A DNA stretch of 64,000 bases, from positions 434,001 through 498,000 of the forward strand of contig CP075493.1 in NCBI GenBank assembly GCA_021613535.1, in the 5' to 3' direction. Shown here in pieces: positions 27,460 through 40,867 of the stretch. The position numbers and the translations under genes were made by a program. Each line of letters begins with the position of its first letter. The first letter of the stretch is position 1. Source of the stretch: Adineta vaga. Taxonomy: Eukaryota > Animalia > Rotifera. The notes beneath the pieces were generated by a model. It did not search any database. It was not told the DNA's origin and saw only the letters and a program-made list of their open reading frames with translations.

Positions 27460-30400
27460 CAATCTTCTATACGAGTAGAGAGAAATGCATTCATATTAAA
27501 TTCTTTTGGGTATAATATATTAAAACCACGTCGTTGATATTTAAGAACACGTGTTACTCCTCTCATGTATTGAGATGGTGATGTTGGCATAGCATAACAG
27601 GTTGTATGATCTGTATTTAATGCTTGTAAACAAGCAAATGAAATGATCACTTCTTTCGAATTGAACGCTGCTGCACAGACATCGAGATCAAATGAATGAA
27701 AAATTTGCGAAATACTTATCATATCATTTGATGGTCGAATGAGTTGCATGATGACTGATGGTGAAAAACTTTTGTTTTGAAAAATATCCTTGATTGTTGA
27801 TTTTTCAAATAATTCAAATTGTACTAATCGGTTAGACAATAAGGTTTTTCCTTTTACAAAATATTTATTTTGCAACCGATTCTCTAGTAGATTCTACAAA
27901 ATATAAAAAGGAAATTGTTTTTAATCTGATTCCTGATAATTGCTTGTTTCTTTTTTTCCCTTATAAAATTTTCATATGAATGCTGTCCTAATCTAGAGGA
28001 AATTATTCATTTGTTTTTCTAATTTTGATCCATTCTTTTAATAGCTTTCTAAGGAAATATCTCATCATTATTTAGTTCTCCTTATCCACCAATTCCTTTC
28101 AGATATATATTTTTTTCCTATTATTCTTTTATGAAAATCTTGAGAAATTCTGAACTTTATTTCAATCGTAAGTCTCTGAAAGGATTGTCTGAATTCGATT
28201 TTGTTGTGGTATTAATATTAAAGTATTTCTGGGAATGAAAAAAGTAATACCCATCAACTATTAATAAGAGATAATGATTATACGATACAGACGAAATACA
28301 TAAACGAAAAGAAAAATTGCTTACTACAGCTTCTTTAAATAATTTCGGATCACTTTTCAGAAAAAATAAATCGACATCGGATGCTTTTTCTAACGATGTT
28401 TGTTTTAATAATGATAATGTAACTGAACCACCAGCAATTACAAATGAATTCCAATCGATATCATTTTTCCAGATTTCATATTGATATCGAGCATTACAGT
28501 TTTCTCGAAATTCATCGAACTCCATCACAAGTTGTGGTGATACATTATTAGTACCCCATACTGAAAATAATGCATGTTCTTCAACTGTTAATTCTCGTGG
28601 TTCAAGAAGATCTATTTAGAAAGTGAAAGTAATGTTAAGAAATCCAAGAATAATTTTTATACACGCATAACTAAAGATTTCAAGAGCTGGATATGTTGCT
28701 GAGTAATGAAATGGGGTAAATGGCCATAAACGTGAAGACAAGTAAAACGTATTTGTATAAAAGAATTTCAATGATTTTTTGATTACATTTATTTTGAATG
28801 CTCCATATACAAAAGCATTCGATTTATTCGATGATAAAACAACACCAGTCACATCACCCTACATGAAATATGGTGATTTAAAAATAGGAAAGAGTGCATT
28901 TGTTTCATCGACTAATAGCATGTTTGGCTGCTTGTCAAGCAAATTTATCAGATGATAATCAGTGATATCAAGATAATAATACGTTGCAAGTGTGAAATGA
29001 AAAAGATCCATTCCAGTTAATTCCTCGCTAACTTGATTGATTATATCAGTTGGTAAAATAATTTCATTTGATAAATTCATAGTGGAATTTCCAATTAACT
29101 ATATATGAATGGGAGAGGAAAAAAAGATTGTGAAATAAACTGAGAAATTAGCAAACAAAATGAAAATATTATTCAGTTAGATTGAGCGCTTCTTTTGTTG
29201 GATACAACTAAAAGGATTAATTCTTTGGAGAGAGTTTGCATCATATAGAATTGAATGACGTCGTGTCGTAAACAAGTATTCCTTAATTTCGATAATCTGA
29301 TGGAAAGTCATTTAGATATTTTCTCTGATGTTCATCTTATGCAATATAGAAAGATTGAACAATATTTTATAGTTGAAAAGGCTGAATTGATTCCATTAGA
29401 CTAGTGGTTGAAACTTTATCATTCGAATTCTGAATGTAAATGACAATCGAGATCTAATGTCAGTGGTCTCTAATATTCATCAAAGAACGATTTTCATGGT
29501 TTTTTTATATTTTCATTTGCAACAGATGTTAAATTTAAATAGAAAAAGAATTCATGTAAAACCATTTACTTTCAGTTTTCTTAGATATGTAGTTCATAAT
29601 GAGGAAATTTGATTCCTCTTGATCCACTTGTGCGCGTAATCTTATCATTATTGACCCTAATTAGAGATTATATTGACCAACGGAATAAAAAATACGTTTC
29701 AGTGAAAGGTATCGATGCAATTTTTAATAATTGCAGACAGTCATGGAAAAAAGATGATTTCATATATATCAAATTTATCGTATATATTGAATATTAAATC
29801 TGTTCCTGGTTTGAAATTCGTGGACAATTATCAAAAGAACTTGTCTTTATTAAATTTGTTTTTTTCCTGAAACTCAATTGTTATTAGAAGATGCAGATTC
29901 AGTTTTATTTTTAATTGATACGAATTCAATTCGATGTTTTACATGACTTCAAATAATTAATCAAATCGAAGAAATCCTGTTTTTTCTTAGAAATACTTAT
30001 TCGCAATTGAATCGATTTGGAAATATAACAGTTTGTTCTGCTATGGCTTGTTTGAAGACTGACCGGAAATTTCCAACTGAAAAAGATTTAATGTCCAATA
30101 TTGAATCATACAATCGAAAATTGAATCGATTATCTTATGAAATGAGTTTTAAAATATTAAATTTACCGATTAATATTCATCACATTGCTCATGATAAAAT
30201 TCATATAGATTTACGTTACCAACATCGTATTTTTAATTCTATTATTGGTCATTTTAATGGTATAATTGAACGAACTTGATGATGTAAAACAACGGATAAC
30301 AAAAGATTATGCAAATATTATAATAGAAATCGAAAATGATGATCGTGATAAACTATACGAAGTGAAATAAATTTCTTTTAGTTTAGTTATCTATCTCATT

Positions 30401-31235
30401 TGTTTCAGAATAAAATATATAAATAATTGTATTTTTTTATGTAAGATGGTTCGAACTAGATGGATCGGATAGTGCTGCATTATTTGTTGATCTTCCTGCA
30501 CTGGAATCAAACCGTGTCAAATGTGTAATGAATAATAAATAAAATATATTCTCATGCACCTTCCGATATTCGAATTTGATCTAGTTTTGTGAAACACGAT
30601 CTGCAAGAGTGTTGAAGTGTTTGAAGGTAGAAATTTAGACCACCCCCTACAGACATGACAGACAGAAAAATAGAAAAAACATCACAGATCGTTACACACT
30701 CGCAAAAATGGCATTACAGACCGTTATCAACTCCCAAAAATACGAATACAGACCATGACAGAATGCCCAAAATAGCATCACTGGCCGTAACAAATCCGCG
30801 TTAATATAAGATCGCATGTATCAGCCGTGCCGAAGGAAAACATATGAGAACATATGCCAATAATTTGCCCCCTCGTTACCTCCTTCCCCCTTTCCGTACT
30901 TATTTTTATACTAAATCTAAAGAAGAAAACCATTCAATCGTGTATTGAAGACTTCAAAAGGTTTTATCAGAAATCGTAACAGATGTTGGACTTATAAGGT
31001 GTTCAGCATAATCGTGTTTCATACTTTTAATTCTGCTAAGGATTGCGTTAAGAGCTTTTTCTAGCTTATAACATCAGTGGCGCAATCAGGAATTTTCGAG
31101 CAATGGGCAAAAGCTGCTTGAGGCTCAAAATTTCAGTAGGCGAAGCTTGCGCAAAACGTCTTTTTCACAAGATTCTGCTGGGAAAAAACGATTCTCAAAA
31201 ATGTTGAATGGGCAATCGCCTATTCGCCTCCCCCT

Positions 31236-31541
31236 TGTAATGCTTGACTTTAGCTTCGGTAAGGCAATGGTGTGTAGATAAATGAATATTAGTAATCAAT
31301 CGATATGTGTGTAGCAATCAAATAAGATCAGAACAAGAACACGAACATTAAGACTAGATCTCTAACGAACTAAAACTAAACTAAACTAAACTTCTGCGCA
31401 TAGACAGACGTATATATATATCAGACACACGTCTATGAATATAATGAGAAAACGCGTGAAGACGCTAAATAAGAGAGAACAACACACAAGCAACACGAAA
31501 CAAGAGGAGTGACATGAACAATGGCATTGGATGCCGTTACA
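31236..31541. mobile_element. Possible solo LTR inserted in a small CAGTGGCG-type MITE (31074-31563)
   Basis: TGTAA...GTTACA termini; flanks cccct / cccca (4/5 match). Confidence 0.4.
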
Positions 31542-32988
31542 CCCCACCCTGGTTGTATCACTGTACGACGTTAAATTTTAGTGAATCGTTCGACCAATAT
31601 GAGGAGTTATAGAATTTATTTTCATTTTTCTTGCTCCGCACGTGATGGCAACTCATTTCTTTTTTCTGGGGGATATTCATTTTCTTTTTGGAAGTTCACA
31701 GATAAAGTTACTATGTTCTGATGGTACTTACAGAGAATGAATTTAGCTATTAACTAAGACTTGAATTTGATGATCTTCAGATACAAAACAGTCTAAAAAA
31801 TTATTGATAATCATCAGCAATCATTGACAATCATTGACAATCAAAGCAATCAAATTTTCAGCTTTTTCCCCCTTGGGAGTTCCTGATCATGTCTATAGAT
31901 CAGATTTCTGAATAAGGAGTCTTTTAATATGTCATTGAGGTCTGTAAGATGGTTTTCACCCTGTCGGTCACGCCTTTGGGGGGGGGACGTTGTGTGGGTC
32001 CAAGTTTCTACTCTTAAACACTCTTTTTCAGATCGTGTTTCACAAAAAACGTAAGAAAAAGGAAAATGCTCTGTATCGACATATTGGGTTCACTGGCACA
32101 AAGAAGGTTAACATAGTCCTCTTCTTCACAAGCTGTGAATATTGAATTCCAGATGATTATTCTCGGCGAAGAAACAGTAAGGGAAAGAAAACAAACCACT
32201 GACCTATATTTATATACATATCCAGTAGAATGGGCAGTTACCAAAAAAAAAGAAAGACATAGATACACTTACTAAAAATATAAATCGATGTTAGAGCGAT
32301 CTCTAACAACCATACAGAGCTCCTGCCACATGTACATCAGAAGAAACGAAAAAAGGTTGCTCGAGACCTCATTAAAGAACATAGGCGAAAGTGACTGCCA
32401 ATGAAAGCAAACCGTTAGTGAATTCTTCACTACATCTCGCTGAACATTCCTTCATCGCTTTTGTTCTCATAGATAATGGCAAGAAATGCTATTTCGTTTC
32501 TAGTCATACAGTCAAGCGAAAAAAATGAAGTGATAGAAGGTTTTACTGCAGAAATGATGATGTTTTATGATAGAATCCGAATTGTCTCAAAGAATATCAT
32601 ACTCTGTACCTTTCTGAGTTTCACAGTCTATTTCATTTAGCAAAACAAATAGTTTTTGATAGGTGGAAAACGTTGTGAATTTTGCTTAGAATTAGTCCAT
32701 CCCAGGAGGACTATGTTGAAATTCACTAAAAATCTTGAGATCTAAAGGTTTCATAGACTGATTGAAATTCGGCATGAACACACCTTCTCTGAGGTTAGAT
32801 AATAGCATTGACGATATGCTCTGCTGAGCGTTATACTTAACTAATATTTTTTCAAAGTATTTTGATCTTAGTCTGACTCTTGCGACTATTATATTTTGGT
32901 TATATTAATAAACGGTCAAAAAAAGATTATGATTTAAGAAAGTTTATATTCGATTGTCTGGCTGTAGGCCTTGTAACGAGCCGACATC

Positions 32989-35900
32989 TTACGAACAGTC
33001 TTCAGGTGATCGTGATGATACGTGGTAAGAGTAGCGCTTAGAACGAAGCCAGTCGATCGTGGGCTTTAATGATTTGAAGAGACATCCATTTTCGTCTATG
33101 GTAAGAGCTGAGGTCACGCTAGCGATATGCTCATCTAATGGATGTTCACCATCATCCCAGATATATGGGCGATCTTCAGTGATAGGTATATTAATTGTTG
33201 ATCTAATCGCTTCATAAACTGGTCGCGTTTTGTCAGACAGTAATAAACGAGCATCATAGCCACCATTTTCCTGTATTAAGTTGGCACGTAAGTCCAATGC
33301 TTGTACACAAACAAGAAAACATATACTTATATGTTGACTTAGTACGGATATTGATTTTCGCGCAAGACATGCAGCTACGTGTCCCATAGAATTAATATTT
33401 TGATTATATTGTTCGGCATGGGTTGCAAATTTATCAGCTATGGGTGCACCAAGAAAAAGTAAGTACGGCATGATAGAGTTCCCGGTTAGCTGGAGTGCTT
33501 TTACTCCTATGTTAACTTGTCGGGCGCGATTACCCACGAGGCAGCCAGGTAAACCGTTGCTAAATTCAGGAGTAACCATTTGAGCGACCTGTACATCCAA
33601 ATGTTTAGCCATCAAACCTACAGTTTGTCGAAGTCGATCCATAGATACAGCAACATGTTCACCGAGAAAATTGCCACCACCTATATGTGTAATAAAAATA
33701 GGTTAAAACCCGTTCCAGTTGATATATACTACCAGGAAATCTTCGATGAAACATTTGCAGTTAACTTCTTCTAAAATGTAACTATATTTGTGACCTTTGA
33801 CCCCTCTAACAAAGCTGTAGATAGCCATACATTTTTCCTTATAACTTTGGCAAGACTGCGATCAGTCATTCTAATCTTTGAGCTCGGTTGCGATGTTGGT
33901 GAGAGAAAGTAACCGACACAAGTTTGGCGACAATCTGTTTCTATTTTCTAGGGTGTCGTTGAGGGTGTACGTATTCTCTTCTCTGTTACCCAGATTCTTA
34001 CCCTCTACAAAACACAGCGCACTGAGATTTATACAAAGAAGCAAATGTCGACCAGAAGGTCATAGGGGTGGGGCATTTCCGTTTATTTAAGATAAACTTT
34101 AACGGATTGCGTTATCGTTAATAATAACAGTTAACGGATTGAGTAGAAACCGCCAACAGTTAAAACTAACGGTGATATAACCCGCTAATTAACGTCCGTT
34201 GGTTAACTCGCGTGAAATTAAATGGTCCGCACCTAATTAGAAAGAATTACTGACAAAATCTCGAAAATTAAAATCTCGAAAGCAAAAATCTCGAAAATAA
34301 AATCTCGAAAACGAAAATCTCGAAAAGCTATGATCTCGAAGGATAAAATCTCGAAACCGAGAATCTCGAAAATGCAAAATCTCGAAAATATAAAATCTCG
34401 AATAGAAATCTCGAAAAAAATCTAAATACATTGTCGAAAATTAAATTGAAAAAAGATGTAAAATTGAACTCATACAGCTATTTCGACAGTTTGTTAGGAT
34501 ATCCTATTATTTTCGCAACAATACATATGTGTTAAGTATGTTTGATTATTATTAAATCATTTTCTTTCATTCATCAAGTCTCACGCTCTTCGATATCATA
34601 TTAGCGATATCTAACATTCGTTATCTTCGTCTAGGGTTTCGATCTTTGTTTACAATAGATATCTTCTATATTTCTTTCATTTCATCGAGTCCTCAATTCT
34701 TTGTTCACTTGTGATATATTTAATTTTCTTTCGCTGTTCTTGTATTCGTACTGCACAGTTAGCACGAGTTATTCGTGCTCGTCCGTCTCGTTCGAACCCT
34801 ATATAAACACAATTCGTGTTTTCTCTTTTATTATCTTTCCATTTATTATCTTCTAATCATGTCGTCGACTAATTCAAACACATCGTCTACTATTACATTT
34901 ATTACAAGTAACAAGAAAAAACGTCTTCTTGTCATTGATGGTTTTATTTTTCAGCAGAACAAATCGAGTGAAAAGGTTACCTATTGGATATGCCAGGAAA
35001 AGCTGTGCAACATGGGTGTTCATCTTACTAACAACGATGTGTTTATTAAATTCACAAAATCTAATCATACACATATGCCTACACCAGAAAAATTGGAAAT
35101 TCGGAAAATGTTATTAAACGTGAAAAATCGTATTAAACGTGAAACGACTACAGTCGGTAAGATTTACACTGAAGAACTTTCTCGAACCAGTTTGACCACT
35201 ACTGCACTTGGTATGGCAAATACCACTAAACAAGCCTGTATGTAAAATATTCGTTCGTCATAAAAAGCAAACTATTTTGTTTTAGATCATGGTTTACATC
35301 AAATTCGTCGTCAGGATACACCTAGTCTTCCATCTTCGATGGATTTTGATATTCCATTACAATATAAAAAGACGACTGATGGCCAACGTTATCTACTTGC
35401 TGATAAAGTTCAACGTATTGATGGAGATGTCGACAAACGAATTATAGTTTATGCAACTGACGAACAGCTCCGTACTCTTTTTACATCATCACATATAATG
35501 ATGGATGGTACATTCGATAGCTGTCCACCACATTTTGATCAAATATATTCTATTCACTGTCTTAAAAATAACCAAAGTAAATTACTTCTTTCTATAAAAT
35601 AATTTTTATCTGATTTATTTAAACAGGTTATCTTTGTGCTATTGCTATTCTTTGTGGTCGATCTTATGTGATTTATAAAGAATTGTTTTCAATTCTCACT
35701 CATCATGCTCGTCGTCTTCAACTAATATTTCATCCTAAAATGATCACAACTGATTTTGAATCAGCAATGATTAAAACAATAGCTGATGACGTATGTTTTG
35801 TCTTATCTTCTCATTAGGTTATGTCTCTTTCGTCTTTAGTTTCCTAACGCACGACACGTCGGATGTTATTTCCATTTTACAAATTCAATTATCAAACGAA

Positions 35901-38900
35901 TTCAATGTCTTAATCTAACCACGGTGTATCGCGATGACAAGCATGCACGAGATACTGCACGTCAGCTGATGATGCTTCCTCTTATTCCGGTTAATCATAT
36001 ACGATATGTCTTTGATAAAATCGCCGAGACAGCACCTAATGTAATGAAACCGCTCATTGATTACTTCGAAGGTTATTGGATTAGAAAAATGCGTTGGAAT
36101 CTATGGAATGTCTCTGGACTGAAACATCGAACGAACAATTTTGTAGAGGGTAAGTTTTCAAATTCCTTTTGCTTAATTTTTCTTTTTTGATTAGGGTGGA
36201 ATCACCGGTTTAACCGGTTGGTTGCAAGATATCATCCTAATGTGTGGCATCTGTTTGAATGCTTTCGCATCGAGGAAGTTTGTGTTCGACAAACAATGTT
36301 GAAGCTGGCTATGGGAGATAAAAAACAAATCAACAGGAAAACGAACGATTTTGAACAACGACTTAATTCGCTTCAGTCTCAATTTGATGATAAAACAATA
36401 ACAATTGATGAACTTGCTGAAGGATTAAGTCTTTTAGTCGCAACGAAAATTTAAGCGTTCTTTTTATTCACGTTCTCAATTGAATTTTCTATTCGATCAA
36501 TAAATTCCGCGAATTTCTTCAATAAAATAAACTATTCTCTAATGCATTAGTTTCACTGCTTAAATTTATGTTTAGAACATTTTTAGTACCTTCGATATTT
36601 CTTCGAGTTATTTGATTTTCGAGGTTTTTCTCTTTCGAGATTGACAATTTTCGAGATAAAAATTTTTCGACCTTTTCCGTTTTCGACATTCTTTTTTTCG
36701 AAATTTGTTTTTCGAGATTTTGTCATTATACCATTAGAAAGAGTATTAAAAGGTATTAATATTGTCGTGAGAACAGAATAGTCATTATCGATTATAATTG
36801 AACTAATATGCCGTAATAACGAAATGGAATATATATAATACTTACAATAAACTTGGCCAGCATCAACATCAATCAACGGATTATCATTGGCGGAATTCAT
36901 TTCAATTTCAAGTGTACGCGCAATGTCATGCAGTGCTTCAAGCATTGGACCAAGAAATTGTGGACAACATCGCATTGAATACCGATCCTGAATTAATGCT
37001 TCCACACTTCGCTTTGTTAGTTTACCATCTAGAGCATCGTAAATCATTTTTGAGCCATCAACTAAGTCAAGTAAAGCAGTTGCTACGTCAATCTGTAACA
37101 ATAATAAAAGCATAATGGAATATTTCATTTCCTTTGTAATATGACACATGCAGTATGTAGAACTTCCCGACGGCAGATTTCGTTTGAAACGAACGAACTC
37201 TTTTTCGAACCTTCAATTTCAATGAGTGAAATTGCTCGGAACAGTCCAGTTTACATAGAAGATTTCTTTAATTAATTATATGAACTTAGCAAAAGACTAT
37301 CTGAACCGTTCAGTTTCCTACCAAGGAGTTTTCGGATGGTACGATTTTAATAGTTCTTTCATTCACGTCAAGGAGGTTTCTGAACATAAGCATGCAAACT
37401 CTTAGGCACATATTTAAAATGTACATTCTGTCTTTTGATATTTTCTGTCTACGTTAATATATTTTAAAATCTGGCCGAGGTGCTCTCCACGTTTTTGCAC
37501 AGAAAAAGAAGCATTCAGATAGAAAATTTCAGAAAACGAAATTGTGAGTTGAGGTCCCCCATCAAAAACCGAACCCGACCCAAGAAAGTTCAAATGAGTT
37601 GAAATTTGAAGCATATCTTAAGACTATAGTGAGCAGTCTGTGGTAAGAATTTCAACTCGATATACCTTTGTTTTCCAAATATACCAGACAAACAAGGCTA
37701 AAAACTAGATGATTTTCCTTCCAAGATTGCCCGCTTAACAGGCATGACACATTTTTCGTTAGAAAGAGCATCTCAGACTGCAAGCCACCAGAGAGCCCTT
37801 TATCTTTAAATCCTTACGTTTTTACTGAAAAAAAAGACATCAAAAGCTCTACGGCCTAAAAAAATGGGCGCCTTATTACATAAATGTTTGAATCTTTAAT
37901 AAAAAACAAAGGCTAATTAAAAAACGGACTCTGTGATGGCCTACATCTTGACATGCTTTACGAAATAAAAAAAAGTATACCATGCATCAGGGCCGAGAAA
38001 TCTTGGAAGCACAATTAAGAGATCACAAACGGAGAAAAAGATGAAAGAGATTTTTTATTTTCTGCAAAAAAATGTGATTTTTCGGGAAAAAAGAGGTTTT
38101 GCGAAAAAGAGTGTATCTTTTCTGAAAGATCCAAAGACAGGCTATCTTTTCATACATTTATCTCAATTTCCAAAACTTTCTCGAGGATTGATTTCTTTTA
38201 GGGGGCTAAGCCTGAAGTCAAGTTCTACTATTAAAAATGAATTATTAGCAAGACCTCTTTGTCGCAAATCCACTGTCGCGCGAAGATAAAGTTGAGAGTA
38301 TAGAAGTGAGTGTCCATGTTTAGCCTCATCTTCACCCACATTCACCATCTTATCAAAACATTTGAGAGCTTTTTCACATCTACGAGACACTGCATCAGAG
38401 CGGCAAACGATCCTGCTCAATGAGAGATCCCAGAATTTTGGTATCATCTTTTGATGGTCTTGCGTGAATAAGTCCTTGGGCAAAACGTTTAAGTGATTTC
38501 TATCGAGCTGATTAACAAAAAACCTACTCATATACGGATTCGCGTTATTTTTCCCTATAAATTTTGAAAACAGGTTTTCTGCAGATTAGCTTGAGCAAAT
38601 TTGCCGAGACTTTTTCGGCAGAAATCTTGCACTTAGGACTATATAAAAGGGCAAAATATATCCAAAATTCTGAGTGAGCCGCATTCTTTTACCCATCGCT
38701 GAATAAAGCTAGCGATAAACGGGCGATGAATTTGAATATATTCACAAAATTTACTGTCTGTCTTCTGAGCGCCCTCTTGATGAAAAATTCGTTAGCGAAA
38801 TGTACGCATTTCCACTAGGGAGCATGTGGCAGAGTTAAAAACTAGGTTTTATACCTAAAATAATGAGCTCTGTCAGATGATGTATGTCTCACCCGGAACT

Positions 38901-40867
38901 GAGAACTTAGTTGTGCAGCCCTCTATGGCGCTCTAGCGTGGTTCCTACAGAGCGTTTTTAAGGTATGCAGTAAACAAACAGTTACCTCTTAGATGTAATC
39001 AGGCCCTCAGAAACTAAGTGTAAGTCCATGCTGACAACTTCCAAAGAAGTGACTGCTGAAACATGGCTACAGGCTCTCAAAGGACACCGAAAACTCATTT
39101 GCCAGATATCCAAAAATAAAGCACAATTTATCTTGACTTGCTCAATACGAAGAGTAATTAAACGGTTGAAAAAAATAATATATTAAAAATGTGTTCTCTG
39201 TTCAGCTCAAGCTGAAACCAGTAACATTAAAAATATTTTACTTTAAAAATCCGTTTTAAAATATCAAATCTAATCGATATGTTACGTTCTTGCTCGCACA
39301 CATGAAGTTCTTATTAATTTTACTTTTCGGCGAAAATAGAGAGAGCAGAACGAAATAAGTAACGAAAATTTGGTGAAACGTAAAGAAATGGTATTATAAC
39401 ATAAGAACTAAAATATATGGCGCTTTACGACTAAATGCAAGAATAGATTCTTGATCTTGAGACTATCATACAAGAGGAAGGAGCCAAGGTAATAGTTTCA
39501 GCAAGTTAAATGAATTTCGATCCAAATATTAATAGGAATTTTAGAGTCATACCGCTCAGTAGTATGAAATTCCTATTAATATTACGGCCGAACGTTTGGG
39601 CGAAAAATCACTGGATCGAAATTTCGGCACTCTGTTACATTTGCTTATCACAAGATAACAACACTTACGGAAGTGTAAACGGTGAACTTTTACTTGCGCA
39701 GTCCTTTTCTGGATGTTTCACATTACATTTAACCATTAGACCTGAAAATGGTTTACCCAAACGCCATTTGTTTTCCTTACATTATACTACTCTATCCAAT
39801 CATTCTCCACGGTGTTCAGTCTATTTTTAGTTGCGATTCAAAGAGATGCGTTATTTTATAAGTGAAACAAGGTTTTATGTATATTTCTAACCAATTCTTA
39901 TATAGAATTCTTTCAACTGATACGTCAGACGAATGTCTATAGTTTTTCAATGGAAACTATTGCTGTATGGATATATATGTGACACCTTAAAGCTGAAATT
40001 ATTATATCACTTGCTATTATTCACCTGTCCTGGGTGGCCTTTGATCTTGTGCAAAAATGGATGAAATGGTTGATTACTAGAAGCTAATGCTTGGAGAACC
40101 ATCGCATGGATGTGAAGAATGGCAGCCATTAATGTATAAAGATCATAACATGCAAGTGAAGCAGAAGCCGTCATCATACTGGTTCCATTTAACATAGCCA
40201 AACCTTCTTTTGGGTCAAATCTTTTTATTTCGTATCCAAGTCTATGAAGTGCTTCAGGTGCACTAATTTTTTCACCGCGAAAATCGACATAAAGTTTTTC
40301 ATCTTGTCCAGAAACAGCAGAGGCAACATAAGATAGCGGAACAAGATCACCAGATGCTCCTATTGAACCGAATTTGGGAATTAAGGGTGTAATTCCTTCA
40401 CATACAAACCGTACCAATCGTTCATCCCACAGGCGACGAATACCAGACGCTCCAATCAGATGAGCATTTGCCCGTAAAACCATGGCTGCTCTAACAGTCT
40501 CTAACGGTAAAGTGGAGCCGCTACCCGTTTTGTGAGCACGAACTAAATTATTTTGTAGTTCCTCAGCAAATTCACCACAGACCAGTCGATTAGCAAGACC
40601 ACCGAATAAGCTTGTAACTCCGTACAGAGGTTGCGACGCAGCGACTATATCGTGGATGATGGTGACTGACTGTTCCATTCGACGACAAATATCCACATCA
40701 TTTGATAATTCAACGTCATGATGATGCCGAGCAATCATAACTAAATTTTCTATCGTAAGATTTTTACCATTAATTACGATAAGTTTCGATTTTTCTTTTT
40801 CGTCGTTTTTGTGCGCTACTGTTCCATTAGTGTATCCATTGTGAACAGAGGAATTGGTACAAGTCAT
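32989..40867 (-). CDS. MIO-dependent aromatic amino-acid ammonia-lyase, cyanobacterial PAL-like, 3 exons, about 593 aa
   Basis: Exons 40867-40025, 37092-36846 and 33680-32989, joined in frame by GT-AG introns (phase 0, phase 1). Motifs YGVTSLFGG, GSIGASGDLVPL (MIO triad ASG), KEGLAMLNGTS, QDRYSMRCCPQ, NSANDNPL, CGGNFLGEH, EFSNGLP, THAEQYNQNINSMG. Confidence 0.93.
34246..36732 (+). mobile_element. Mutator-like (MULE) DNA transposon in intron 2 of the ammonia-lyase
   Basis: Direct repeat attagaaaga at 34236-45 and 36733-42; TIRs tgacaaaatctcgaaa / tttcgagattttgtca with arrays of aaaatctcga subterminal repeats. Confidence 0.9.
34859..36454 (+). CDS. FLYWCH-domain MULE transposase, 5 exons, no disablement seen
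   Basis: Exons 34859-35237, 35286-35576, 35627-35790, 35840-36149 and 36195-36454 with 45-50 bp GT-AG introns. FLYWCH-like YWIC...C...HTH; catalytic motifs MMDGTF, TTDFE, CYFH and RTNNFVEGWN. Confidence 0.9.

Larger units (their letters stand above)
25846..29080 (-). pseudogene. Pol-beta-fold nucleotidyltransferase-like gene; in-frame stop and hAT insertion
   Basis: Exons about 29080-28670, 28611-28325 and 27893-27460 plus 25900-25846. Motifs FVIAGGSV...SDVDLFF, MQLI, SFDLDVC, RVLKYQRRGF. TAG at 28859-61 is in frame. The last exon reads ..TRIEDC|TEIRRERILSFSTATFW* once the hAT element is removed. Confidence 0.7.

Noticed and set aside
34237-34431. FRDF-repeat ORF / CRISPR-like short repeat array
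   Set aside because: It is the translation of the MULE subterminal aaaatctcga repeats; there are no unique spacers and no cas genes.
38041-39830. ORFs inside lyase intron 1
   Set aside because: No recognisable domains; exons 1 and 2 join in frame without them.
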